A DNA stretch of 64,000 nt, from IMG/VR virus record IMGVR_UViG_3300020469_003811, positions 3,795 to 67,794 of that record. One strand, written 5' to 3'. The position numbers and the translations under genes are program-made. This document shows positions 29,294 through 38,167 of the stretch, piece by piece; within the stretch, counting starts at the first letter, position 1, and every line of letters begins with the position of its first letter. The DNA is from a virus. The notes below the pieces were generated by a model. It made no database searches and was not told the DNA's origin. It was given only the letters and a program-made list of their open reading frames with translations.

Positions 29294-29962
29294 ATGGGAA
29301 AAATCTACAAAATTGAGCAATTAAGATTAATGAAAGATCTACAAACTTGGAAAGAAGAAGGTAGAACAGAAAAAAGTCTTATTCAATATTTTGATACTAA
29401 CGGAATAAACAAAAAAAACTATTACAATTTTTGTAATGGAATGACTAAAATTGAATCTAGAGCATTGTACAAAACTCTTGTAAATGCTTATCATGACTAC
29501 ACTAAAAACTCAAAAGAAATTGATTTACAATTACGTTATGATTTAGAAGATGTATATTTTACCATTATTAGTAATTTAAAAACAAATCAACCTAAGTATA
29601 AGTTTAAAAATATACTTGTAAATTATAGAAAAAACATAAATCCAATTAGGGCATTTTATTTTTTATTACAAGAAATGCAGGCAGGTGAGTTTGACGAAGA
29701 AAATCAAGAACATACTTTTATTAGAGACAAACTAAAAGATGAAGATTTTTTTAAAGAATTGATGTATGATATTGAAACTGATTTAGATAGTTTATCAAAC
29801 TTAGAAACTAGATACAGACAAAGTAAGATAGCTTATCCATTTTTTACAATGCCAATTACATTTGTTCATACACAAGAAATGGTAAAAGATATTAGAAAAT
29901 GGTTTTCAGTGTTTACAATTTATCATAATAAATTGACTTCGCACACACATAAGTATGAATAG
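29294..29962 (+). CDS. hypothetical protein
   Basis: 222-aa helical ORF with TAAATA-N5-ATG start. Confidence 0.6.
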   Translation: MGKIYKIEQLRLMKDLQTWKEEGRTEKSLIQYFDTNGINKKNYYNFCNGMTKIESRALYKTLVNAYHDYTKNSKEIDLQLRYDLEDVYFTIISNLKTNQPKYKFKNILVNYRKNINPIRAFYFLLQEMQAGEFDEENQEHTFIRDKLKDEDFFKELMYDIETDLDSLSNLETRYRQSKIAYPFFTMPITFVHTQEMVKDIRKWFSVFTIYHNKLTSHTHKYE

Positions 29963-29971
29963 GAAAAAATA

Positions 29972-30496
29972 ATGAACTATAAAGAACATATAATTGAAGT
30001 AAAAGATTATCCAAAAGAAGGTATTAGTTTTAAAGATCTTACACCATTATGGCAAGACAAAAAAGTTTTTAAATCAATGATATCAGATTTATGCAAACCT
30101 TTTGAAACATCAAAAGTTGATATTATTGCATCTGTTGAATCTCGTGGTTTTGTTACCGGAGCTCCCATGGCAGTACATATGAACGCAGGTTTTGTGCCAT
30201 TAAGAAAACCTGGCAAATTACCAAGAGATACATTTAAAGAATCGTTTGAATTAGAGTATGGATCATCAGAAATACATATTCATGAAGATGCTATTAGTAA
30301 TCAAAATATACTAATTGCTGATGATCTATTAGCAACAGGTGGTACGGCAATTGCGGCTTATAATTTAATTACAAAACATTTTCCTAATGCAAATATTGTG
30401 GGATTTAGTTTTATTGTAGCACTTGATTATCTAGATGGATTGACTGATCTACAAACTTTAGGAATACCAATACATTCACTAGTGGAGTACGCATAG
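29972..30496 (+). CDS. apt: adenine phosphoribosyltransferase
   Basis: DYPKEGISFKDLTP, ESRGF, RKPGKLP, LEYG, IADDLLATGGT PRPP-binding motif. Confidence 0.92.
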   Translation: MNYKEHIIEVKDYPKEGISFKDLTPLWQDKKVFKSMISDLCKPFETSKVDIIASVESRGFVTGAPMAVHMNAGFVPLRKPGKLPRDTFKESFELEYGSSEIHIHEDAISNQNILIADDLLATGGTAIAAYNLITKHFPNANIVGFSFIVALDYLDGLTDLQTLGIPIHSLVEYA

Positions 30497-31251
30497 TGAA
30501 AATAACAATAGCAGGTTATGGATATGTTGGAAAAGCCATGCATGAGCTTTTAAAATCAAACTACGATATTAGTATAGTTGATCCAATTATTAATAACACC
30601 ACTATAGCAGAAACCAATCCAGAAGCAGTAATAATATGTGTATCAACTCCACAAGGTTTACATGGCGAATGTGATGTAAGTAACGTTATTCAAGTTATCG
30701 ATGATACACCAACCAATGTGCCAATTTTAATTAAAAGTACAATAAGTTTAGAAGGTTGGCAAGAAATTATAAAATGTCCAGCACCTTTGCGTGTTAGTTT
30801 TTCTCCAGAATTTCTAAGAGCCAAAACAGCAATAGAAGATTGTTTGAACAGTACTACTATGTATATAGGACACGGTGGAACTGCATACTGGTCTGATATA
30901 TTTTTAAAAGCAAAGCCAAATTTGGAAATTAAAACATATGATGTTAAAGAATTAATACTAGCAAAGTATTTTAGAAATAGTTTTTTAGCAACTAAAGTTA
31001 GTTTTTTCAATCAAATATTTGACTTATGCAAAAAAATGAATATTGATTATGAACCTGTTAGACAAGTAATAACTGATGATAAAAGAATTGGCGGAGGACA
31101 TTCATTGATCACAGATGAGCGTGGCTTTGGTGGACATTGTTTTCCTAAAGATACTAATGCTATAAGTGAAACAGCTAAACTTTATGGTTCAGAATTAACA
31201 ATAATTGATGAAGCTATATATTATAATAAAATTATTAAATCACGCAAGTAA
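30496..31251 (+). CDS. UDP-glucose/GDP-mannose dehydrogenase family protein (short, lacks C-terminal domain)
   Basis: GYGYVG, CVSTP, KSTI, SPEFL, K..RNSFLA.KV.F.N, GFGGHCFPKD. Confidence 0.8.
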   Translation: MKITIAGYGYVGKAMHELLKSNYDISIVDPIINNTTIAETNPEAVIICVSTPQGLHGECDVSNVIQVIDDTPTNVPILIKSTISLEGWQEIIKCPAPLRVSFSPEFLRAKTAIEDCLNSTTMYIGHGGTAYWSDIFLKAKPNLEIKTYDVKELILAKYFRNSFLATKVSFFNQIFDLCKKMNIDYEPVRQVITDDKRIGGGHSLITDERGFGGHCFPKDTNAISETAKLYGSELTIIDEAIYYNKIIKSRK

Positions 31252-33595
31252 TTAGTCTTACTAAATTTTCTGTATCATCATCTTCAATACATTTACCAAT
31301 TACATAAACGGAACTACAAGCACTTGGGTGAGCTTGTCCTACTCCTGGTGTATCACTAGTTACAATTAAGTCACCTTTTTTAACTGGACCAATTACATTA
31401 ACTTGTACTTTACCACGTAAAGCTACTGGAGATGTTAGTCCTTGTTCTGTGCTGTTCATTAAGTAAGCTGGTGATAAAGATACAACCCCTGCTACTCTGT
31501 GATCCATTTTTTCTGTTGACTCTGTGACTTCTGCTTCTCCGCCAAATATTAAAACTGTGCCTGGTTCATACTCTTTGTCAGTTCTGTAAAGCTCAGCCAA
31601 GTCAGCATATTGAGCCGAAGTTGCTTTGGCGTAAACTGTGTTATATTTTGCTGAACTTGAACCAATATCGTATGTTGTGTTTGCGTCTGGCAAAATATTT
31701 TTAGTTTTTACGTCTCCAGCTCTAACATTGGAATAAACCATTCCAGTTACAGTTGTTGTTGATGCTGTGATATTTGGTGATGTGAAAAAAGCAAATTCAT
31801 CTGCAGATTCATCCCAAATCATACCTGCGTGGTTTTGATTACCACCATCATATCTTTCAATTAGTATACCTGAATCATATGTTGCACTATTTTCTTGTCC
31901 TGATCTATTTAGATAAATCATTGGATCTTCAACTTCTAATTGAGTTACATCAACTGTTGTCGTGTCTCCTGAAACTGTTAAATTTCCATTTATAATTACG
32001 TTACCGCCAAAATCACCATCTCTAGCATTAACAATATCAAAATTACTTGCATTTAAATGACCACCTAATTCTGGTGATGTATCTTCATTAACATTATTAA
32101 GACCATCATCATAGTTGTCGTCTGATATTTCCCATTTGCTTGATGTACTGTTGTATTTTAAAATTTTGTTATTAGCAATACCTGTAGTATCAACATCATT
32201 CATTTCAGCAATAGTGTTCTCTGATGCGACTTGAGTATCAACATAAGTTTTAGTTGCGGCGTCTGTGCCTGCTGTTGGTGTTCCTAAATTTTGTATCTTG
32301 TTAGTTTGTGCATCTAATACTCCACCAAGTTGTGGCGTTGTATCTTCAACTATGTTTGCTAGAATCGATGAGTTAACTAAAACTTCAATAGCTTGAATGT
32401 AGTTTGCTGGCGTACCGGACCCTGTACTAAATGCTGGGTTTGGTGTCAATGTAGCATTGTTATCACTTGCATGATAGTATACTGAATAAGTGTGTGCCGC
32501 TACTGTGCCTGGTGTGTCATAAAAATCAAATGATGCTGTAAATTTTTTTGCAGTTGAATTGCAATCTTCTGCTGTCCATTCTGAAAGTAGTGCTTCAGGC
32601 GAACCACCTTTGTTTCTATATAATCTAATATTGATATCTGATGAACCTGTTGATGAACCTGTAAATCTTACCTGTGCTGTCACACGTATTTTTGTTGAAG
32701 CATCTTGTACAGATATTGCTGAACTTAATCCACTAGCCGCTTCACTGCCTAATGTGGCACCTGAAACTGATGATGTTGCTGTGTCATTGTCAACTATCCA
32801 ATTAGCAACTGTATATCCAAGTTTTTTGTTTTCCCATTTAGATGAACCTGTGTTGTATTGTAGTATATCATCATTAGCCAATGATGTAAAATTAACATCT
32901 TGGTGTTTGTCAAATGATACTGTACCTAAATAACTTTCAACCCTTGTGTTTGTAAAGTAAAGATTACTCGAACCTTCTGCAATTTCATCTGTGTTGTCTT
33001 TTGTTAAAATTTGTGCGTCAACATAAGCCTTGACCGATTGCTGTGATGGCAATTTGGTTGCACTATTGGATGCCATGTTGTCTTCATCTATCAATGCATT
33101 TGTAATACGTGCATCTGCTCTGGCATTGGTGAAATATAAATTTGTGCCTTCTGATAAATTTGTAGTTGACTTGGTTGCTAATCTTGTATCAAAGTCTGCA
33201 TTGGCTCTTGCTGATGTGTAATATAAATTTGTCTGTTCTGGTATATCTGCTGTACTAACTTGATTAGCACTTGTACCAAAATCAATGTGTGTGTCATTAA
33301 CAGAATTGGCTGTTAAACTCAATGAACCTGTGACTGTTCCTGTTGTAGTAATATTTCTATTACCAAAATTCCAACCGCCACTATCAGTATATCCTATTGT
33401 AGCTACTATTGAACCACCAGATTCTATTTCTATACCTGATGTATTGCTACCTAAACTACCGCCTTTGTTTAATGTGATTAAACGATCTTTGGTAGTTAAA
33501 TCAGTAGTAGTTACTTTTACAACGTCATCCACGAAACTTACATTCGTATCAAACGAAATAGTTCCTGATGATAATCTACGAGTTTTTGCCGCCAT
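31235..33595 (-). CDS. fibre-like virion structural protein
   Basis: Three NLY(Y/F)T..R repeats, two EDT.P.LGG.L repeats, C-terminal SAQYADLAE.Y..D..YEPGTV domain. Confidence 0.7.
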   Translation of the reverse strand: MAAKTRRLSSGTISFDTNVSFVDDVVKVTTTDLTTKDRLITLNKGGSLGSNTSGIEIESGGSIVATIGYTDSGGWNFGNRNITTTGTVTGSLSLTANSVNDTHIDFGTSANQVSTADIPEQTNLYYTSARANADFDTRLATKSTTNLSEGTNLYFTNARADARITNALIDEDNMASNSATKLPSQQSVKAYVDAQILTKDNTDEIAEGSSNLYFTNTRVESYLGTVSFDKHQDVNFTSLANDDILQYNTGSSKWENKKLGYTVANWIVDNDTATSSVSGATLGSEAASGLSSAISVQDASTKIRVTAQVRFTGSSTGSSDINIRLYRNKGGSPEALLSEWTAEDCNSTAKKFTASFDFYDTPGTVAAHTYSVYYHASDNNATLTPNPAFSTGSGTPANYIQAIEVLVNSSILANIVEDTTPQLGGVLDAQTNKIQNLGTPTAGTDAATKTYVDTQVASENTIAEMNDVDTTGIANNKILKYNSTSSKWEISDDNYDDGLNNVNEDTSPELGGHLNASNFDIVNARDGDFGGNVIINGNLTVSGDTTTVDVTQLEVEDPMIYLNRSGQENSATYDSGILIERYDGGNQNHAGMIWDESADEFAFFTSPNITASTTTVTGMVYSNVRAGDVKTKNILPDANTTYDIGSSSAKYNTVYAKATSAQYADLAELYRTDKEYEPGTVLIFGGEAEVTESTEKMDHRVAGVVSLSPAYLMNSTEQGLTSPVALRGKVQVNVIGPVKKGDLIVTSDTPGVGQAHPSACSSVYVIGKCIEDDDTENLVRLITCVI

Positions 33596-33644
33596 ATTGA
33601 ATTTCTGCTCCTATAATATTATTTATCTTTATAGATTACTATAG

Positions 33645-33677
33645 AAAAAGCCCCCTACTATTTCTAGTAGAGGGCTT
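33645..33677 (-). terminator. Rho-independent terminator after MCP
   Basis: AAGCCCTCTACTA-GAAA-TAGTAGGGGGC-TTTTT. Confidence 0.85.
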
Positions 33678-33712
33678 AAAATATTATATCTTACAACTTT
33701 TGTAATCTAGGA

Positions 33713-34876
33713 TTACGCAAATGATAAGTTAGCTACTGCGATTTTAGAAACGTAGTCGCCTGCATTACCAAGTGATGAAGCAGTATTGTTTAACTCTACA
33801 TAACCGTATCTAGTCATGAAAGAAACTACTGGCTCAAAAGTTGCTGGATCAATTACAACGCCTGATGACATTAATGGGATGTATGGGCAATAAAACGCCG
33901 CCGCATCCACTTCACCTGGACCTTTGTAACCAACAAGCACGTTAGCTGTTGAGTTTGCATATGAGTTAACATATACTCTCATAGCACCATTTAAAGTACC
34001 TACAAATTTAGTATTTGTTGGCGCTTCAAAAGTACCTTCAGTTGTTCTTGCGAACGCTGAAGTTGTCGCTGATTGAAGAACTGTTAAAGCCGCTGGTGAC
34101 ATTACTGCCCAGTTACCTGCACCTCTTCTAGTTCTTTGTGCGATTAAGTTAGCTTGTTCATTGATCATGATAGCCAATACTGCGTGTCTGTCACCAACGA
34201 AAGTTGGAGTACCAGTGAACGTACCGTTCATGTCATAAGTTGACGCGGCTGTACCTGCTAATGTATCTAATGAATTGATAACTTCTTGATCGATCTCAGC
34301 TGTGATCTCTTGTGCTAAAGCGGCCATAATTTCTGCTTCTACATCTAAACCGTGCATAGCATTGGCATCTTGAGCTGACTCAAAAGTCCATCTCGCTGAT
34401 AGTTTTCTTGTCTTAGCTTCAACAGTTTGTTTCAATACTTGGATTGATAATCTGTTACCTGCTTGACCTTCTAATGTACTTGTTCCTGCCGCATTGTCAC
34501 CAGATGTGTTACCTGCGTAACCTCTTGAAATTGCAAATGGTGATAGTGCTTCTGAACCTGCAGTTACACCTGCTGATGAATCTGCATATCTTACTCTTAA
34601 TGTGTGGATCTGTCCTACAGGACCCGTCATAGGTTGTACACCAACGATTTCGTTAGCGATAACTGTAGGCATAACACGTCTGATTACTGGAAGGATAACT
34701 TTGTTTAATGCCGCAACATTACCAGCACCTGTGGCGCCGGCTGTAGCCGCTTCAGCCAAATATGATTGTGTATTTTCTAATACAGCATCCATAGTTTGTC
34801 TTTTTTGGCCTTCAAGACCTTCTAGTAACGCAGATTTTGTGTCATTCCATGCTTCTGTAATTACTTTGTCTGTCAT
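33713..34876 (-). CDS. gp23: major capsid protein (T4 gp23-like)
   Basis: RRVMP..IANEIVGVQPMTGP, EAKTRKL.ARWT.E.AQD, RTRRGAGNW, FYCPYIPL, FMTRYG. Confidence 0.95.
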   Translation of the reverse strand: MTDKVITEAWNDTKSALLEGLEGQKRQTMDAVLENTQSYLAEAATAGATGAGNVAALNKVILPVIRRVMPTVIANEIVGVQPMTGPVGQIHTLRVRYADSSAGVTAGSEALSPFAISRGYAGNTSGDNAAGTSTLEGQAGNRLSIQVLKQTVEAKTRKLSARWTFESAQDANAMHGLDVEAEIMAALAQEITAEIDQEVINSLDTLAGTAASTYDMNGTFTGTPTFVGDRHAVLAIMINEQANLIAQRTRRGAGNWAVMSPAALTVLQSATTSAFARTTEGTFEAPTNTKFVGTLNGAMRVYVNSYANSTANVLVGYKGPGEVDAAAFYCPYIPLMSSGVVIDPATFEPVVSFMTRYGYVELNNTASSLGNAGDYVSKIAVANLSFA

Positions 34877-34878
34877 GT

Positions 34879-35976
34879 TTAACTCCTTAGACCTGCTAGT
34901 CTTTTTATATTAATGATATCTTCGTTTTCAGATTTGATCGTTTCAGTTGTTTCTCTGTCACCTGTATGTTCTGTAATGATAACTTTGTCTGTATCATTAG
35001 CAGACTCCGTTGATTCATTTAATACAGCTGGTAGATACTTGTCAAACTGCTTTTTTAAATTTGCTGTTTGAACTGATTCTAGCAATTCTGTCATTACTTC
35101 ACGCTTAGATTTTGATAATGGTGAGATAAGTTCGTTTAGAGTTCTTTCTCTATTGATCTTATCTTCGGCTATTTTAACCTTAGTCTCCATTGTTTCGATT
35201 TCAGCGTCTTTTTCAGCTAATTTTCCTTCCAATTTCTCGTTAGAACCTTGCTGATCAGTAAGTTGTGTTTGTAACTTACGAATTTCTCCACCTTCTGAAA
35301 GGTAAGAACTCATGTATTCACCTGCAAATGCTTCAAACACTTTTCTACCAAAGTTGTTTTCTTTAGCAACTTTAATATCATCTTTAAGTGTTTTCATTTC
35401 ATTTTTAAGTGTCGAGCTAATTGTGTTTTCAACTAGACCAGCCGCTCTCTTAACAAATGCCGCTTTAGTATCTTCAATAATTTTCTTACCTTCTGATACT
35501 AATTTAACTTTTGTTTCAACAACGCCTTTTTTGTCTTCGTTAAATTCACCTAACTCTTTGGAGAGTTGTCTGACTACAAACTCTTCTAAGTTTGTAAATT
35601 GACCTTTGAGTGAATCTCTGTCACCATGTAATTCTTTAACTTCTTTAACAAGAATTTCATTGATGAACTTTGTCAACGTGCCTGCGTGTTCTCTCATTTT
35701 GTTTTTGTAAGCAACTCTTTCAGCTACTAATGATTTTTTGTCTTCAGCAAATTCTGAAATTTCTTTCTTCAGTTGCTCACCCATCATAGTATCCATTGCT
35801 TCAACAATATGAGATTTATCGTTTTCGTAACGTTGTGCGAACTCTTCTCTTAGTTCCGCAGAGATTTCCTCACGAGCCTCAGACAGCTTCTTCTCCCATG
35901 CTTCTTGAAGTGAAACTTTCACTTCTTCAGAAAGTGCATCGGATGTACCAAAAATTTCTGTTATATTACTTGCCAT
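34879..35976 (-). CDS. gp22: prohead core scaffolding protein (T4 gp22-like)
   Basis: Long coiled coil between protease and MCP; LSEE, IFEAF-like motif. Confidence 0.75.
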   Translation of the reverse strand: MASNITEIFGTSDALSEEVKVSLQEAWEKKLSEAREEISAELREEFAQRYENDKSHIVEAMDTMMGEQLKKEISEFAEDKKSLVAERVAYKNKMREHAGTLTKFINEILVKEVKELHGDRDSLKGQFTNLEEFVVRQLSKELGEFNEDKKGVVETKVKLVSEGKKIIEDTKAAFVKRAAGLVENTISSTLKNEMKTLKDDIKVAKENNFGRKVFEAFAGEYMSSYLSEGGEIRKLQTQLTDQQGSNEKLEGKLAEKDAEIETMETKVKIAEDKINRERTLNELISPLSKSKREVMTELLESVQTANLKKQFDKYLPAVLNESTESANDTDKVIITEHTGDRETTETIKSENEDIINIKRLAGLRS

Positions 35977-35985
35977 CTGAATCTC

Positions 35986-36612
35986 CTATTTCTTCAGCTC
36001 ACTTATTAGTTTTGTAATTTCGGTAGCTAAAAACTTTTCAGCTCCACGATCGTACAATGCGGCTTGGCTTAAACCAAAAAGGTTCATTCCGCCTCGCATA
36101 TTAAGTAAGTTCTCGTATATTGCTTTTGGATATGCATCCGGTGCCGAAGGTTGTGCAACAATGTCCACAGTTTGTATTTCAAAACCATTTACTTCGCCGC
36201 TCTCGTTTACATTTCCAGAGCCTCTTGAACTTACTCCTAGTTTGGCACCACTTTCTAACAAAGTGGTAACAATTTTTCCCATTGGTGTTGGCATAATCTT
36301 AAGACTGCCGAAACCGTCAGGCCCATCCATCCACATATTTTCAATCATGTGTGATACACGATCAAGATTAACTGTTAAGTTATCTGGATGGTCTGCCTCA
36401 CCCAACACACTAAATCCTGAGTCTAAACGTTCTTTGATTGAAGTCACTGCTTTAGTGATTTCATTCACAGGATAAACACGTTGGTTCTGATTCTTAACAC
36501 CACCTTGAATAAAAACTCCCTTCATATGAAGAAACTTCTTATCGTCTTTGCCTTCTGATACAACTTCCATTTTGGCTTGATCAAAAGTCAATTGTTCTGT
36601 TAATCGAATCAT
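35986..36612 (-). CDS. gp21: prohead core protease (T4 gp21-like)
   Basis: NQNQRVYP, GEADHP, VSH, LGVSSRGSG, DIVAQPSAPDA. Confidence 0.92.
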   Translation of the reverse strand: MIRLTEQLTFDQAKMEVVSEGKDDKKFLHMKGVFIQGGVKNQNQRVYPVNEITKAVTSIKERLDSGFSVLGEADHPDNLTVNLDRVSHMIENMWMDGPDGFGSLKIMPTPMGKIVTTLLESGAKLGVSSRGSGNVNESGEVNGFEIQTVDIVAQPSAPDAYPKAIYENLLNMRGGMNLFGLSQAALYDRGAEKFLATEITKLISELKK

Positions 36613-36642
36613 ATTTGTTTCCTTCCTCTCCTATTGCAAGTA

Positions 36643-37560
36643 TTAGCCTGCAATAGACGATTTTGCTGATGAGTCTGACCCATCTGTTGCATCTGCTTTA
36701 GCTGGAGATAGTTTAGCTTCTTGTGAAACTCCCATATCTTTTGCCGCTGGTGCTTTACCACCTGCTTCAGCTGTTGAATTAGAAATACTTGGAGCCGCCC
36801 CCATGTCTTTCATATTTGCTGATGCTACTGGTGATTTTGCTGATGAATCTGCTTCGGCTTTAGCTGGTGTCGCCACTGCTTTCATTTCCGTTGCTTCTTC
36901 TACTGCTTCTGCTTCTTTGTCTTCTGACTCAACTGCTGGTACAACTTCTTCTGTTGACTCTTCAGCTGGCATTTCCATTTCAGCTTCTGCTTCTGCATCA
37001 CCTTCTTCTTCGCCTTCACCTGACATAATTTTATCAAATTGTGCTTTAAGATCTTCTAATGCTGATTCAAGATCGTCTACTCTTTCCTCAGTATTTTCGT
37101 GATCGTGATCATCGGCTTCACCGTCTTCATCACCATCATCATCTTCATTAGTTTCTTCGTATTCAATTTCTTCAGCGTCTTCTACTGCTTTGTCTTTTAA
37201 CTCAGCTTTAAGATCAGCTTCTTGGTCACCTGTACCACCTACAGTTTCTTCAACTGCTTCTTCAGTAGTTTCTTCTTTGGCTTCTGTTGTAGCTTCTTCT
37301 TTAGCGTCTTCGTCTTTAGCTTCTGTAGTAGTTTCTTCTGTAGTCTCTTCTGCTACTGCTTCTTTTGAATCAGTAGTTTCTGCAACTGCTTCTTCAGTAG
37401 TTTCTTCAGCTACTGTTTCTTCTTGTGAATTAACGATTTCTTCGTGGATGTCTCTAGCTTTTTCAACTATTGCTGTGTGCAATAATGTTTCCGCTTTATC
37501 CTGCTCGCCGTTCACTAGAAATTCAAGCACTTGCTCTAGTTTTGAACTCATTTCTGACAT
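36643..37560 (-). CDS. highly acidic prohead core protein (start revised to 37560)
   Basis: AGGAG SD before MSEMSSKLEQ; E/A/T-rich repeats; between portal and protease. Confidence 0.65.
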   Translation of the reverse strand: MSEMSSKLEQVLEFLVNGEQDKAETLLHTAIVEKARDIHEEIVNSQEETVAEETTEEAVAETTDSKEAVAEETTEETTTEAKDEDAKEEATTEAKEETTEEAVEETVGGTGDQEADLKAELKDKAVEDAEEIEYEETNEDDDGDEDGEADDHDHENTEERVDDLESALEDLKAQFDKIMSGEGEEEGDAEAEAEMEMPAEESTEEVVPAVESEDKEAEAVEEATEMKAVATPAKAEADSSAKSPVASANMKDMGAAPSISNSTAEAGGKAPAAKDMGVSQEAKLSPAKADATDGSDSSAKSSIAG

Positions 37561-37704
37561 GATATTTCTCCTGTTCGCGAATTTGTTAACTATTAATAGT
37601 AATATAGATATATTTAACAAAATATCAGAAGATACGGGAATAATAGGCGATTTTTTGCGATTTTGGATCGTGTCTCGCCAAAAGTATGTATTATAGTAGC
37701 TGTT

Positions 37705-37908
37705 TTATACTTCCATTGGTGGTTGGCCGTACATCTTAGCTACAAATTCTTTATTTGTTTCTTCGTCTTGTTTTCTTATTTCACGCACTTTACGTAATTT
37801 ATTAAGATGTTTAAGAGTCAGTCTTGTTTTACGTGATGAACCAATTTGTGCTTTATGGTAATCATCTTCATTTGGTAAGTATGTTTCTTTTAGTTCAATA
37901 TAACGCAT
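37705..37908 (-). CDS. small head-module protein
   Basis: RKTRLTLKHLNKLRK...MYG; late promoter; downstream of portal. Confidence 0.6.
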   Translation of the reverse strand: MRYIELKETYLPNEDDYHKAQIGSSRKTRLTLKHLNKLRKVREIRKQDEETNKEFVAKMYGQPPMEV

Positions 37909-37937
37909 AACAAACTTATTTAGTAAATAACTTTACA

Positions 37938-38162
37938 ATGGACGACTACTATAACGAAAATGATAAAATTGAAGAAGTAATTCAGTGGGAATTGGATGCA
38001 ATAAACAATTATATAGTGTCTGTAGAAAATAGATCTAAAAAATTATCTAAAGACCAAAAAGCTACGATTAAAAAAATGAAAATTGTTGCTGAATATCTTA
38101 TTGCTAGATTAAATCAAAATATTGCTATTGATGTTTCAACTGAAAATCAAACTATTCACTAA
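37938..38162 (+). CDS. hypothetical protein
   Basis: 74-aa ORF with own TAAATA promoter, opposite strand within head cluster. Confidence 0.5.
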   Translation: MDDYYNENDKIEEVIQWELDAINNYIVSVENRSKKLSKDQKATIKKMKIVAEYLIARLNQNIAIDVSTENQTIH

Positions 38163-38167
38163 TTAGT

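Noticed and set aside
36803-37696. Long Ser-rich plus-strand ORFs (and similar shadow ORFs throughout)
   Set aside because: Antisense products of biased codon usage in the real genes
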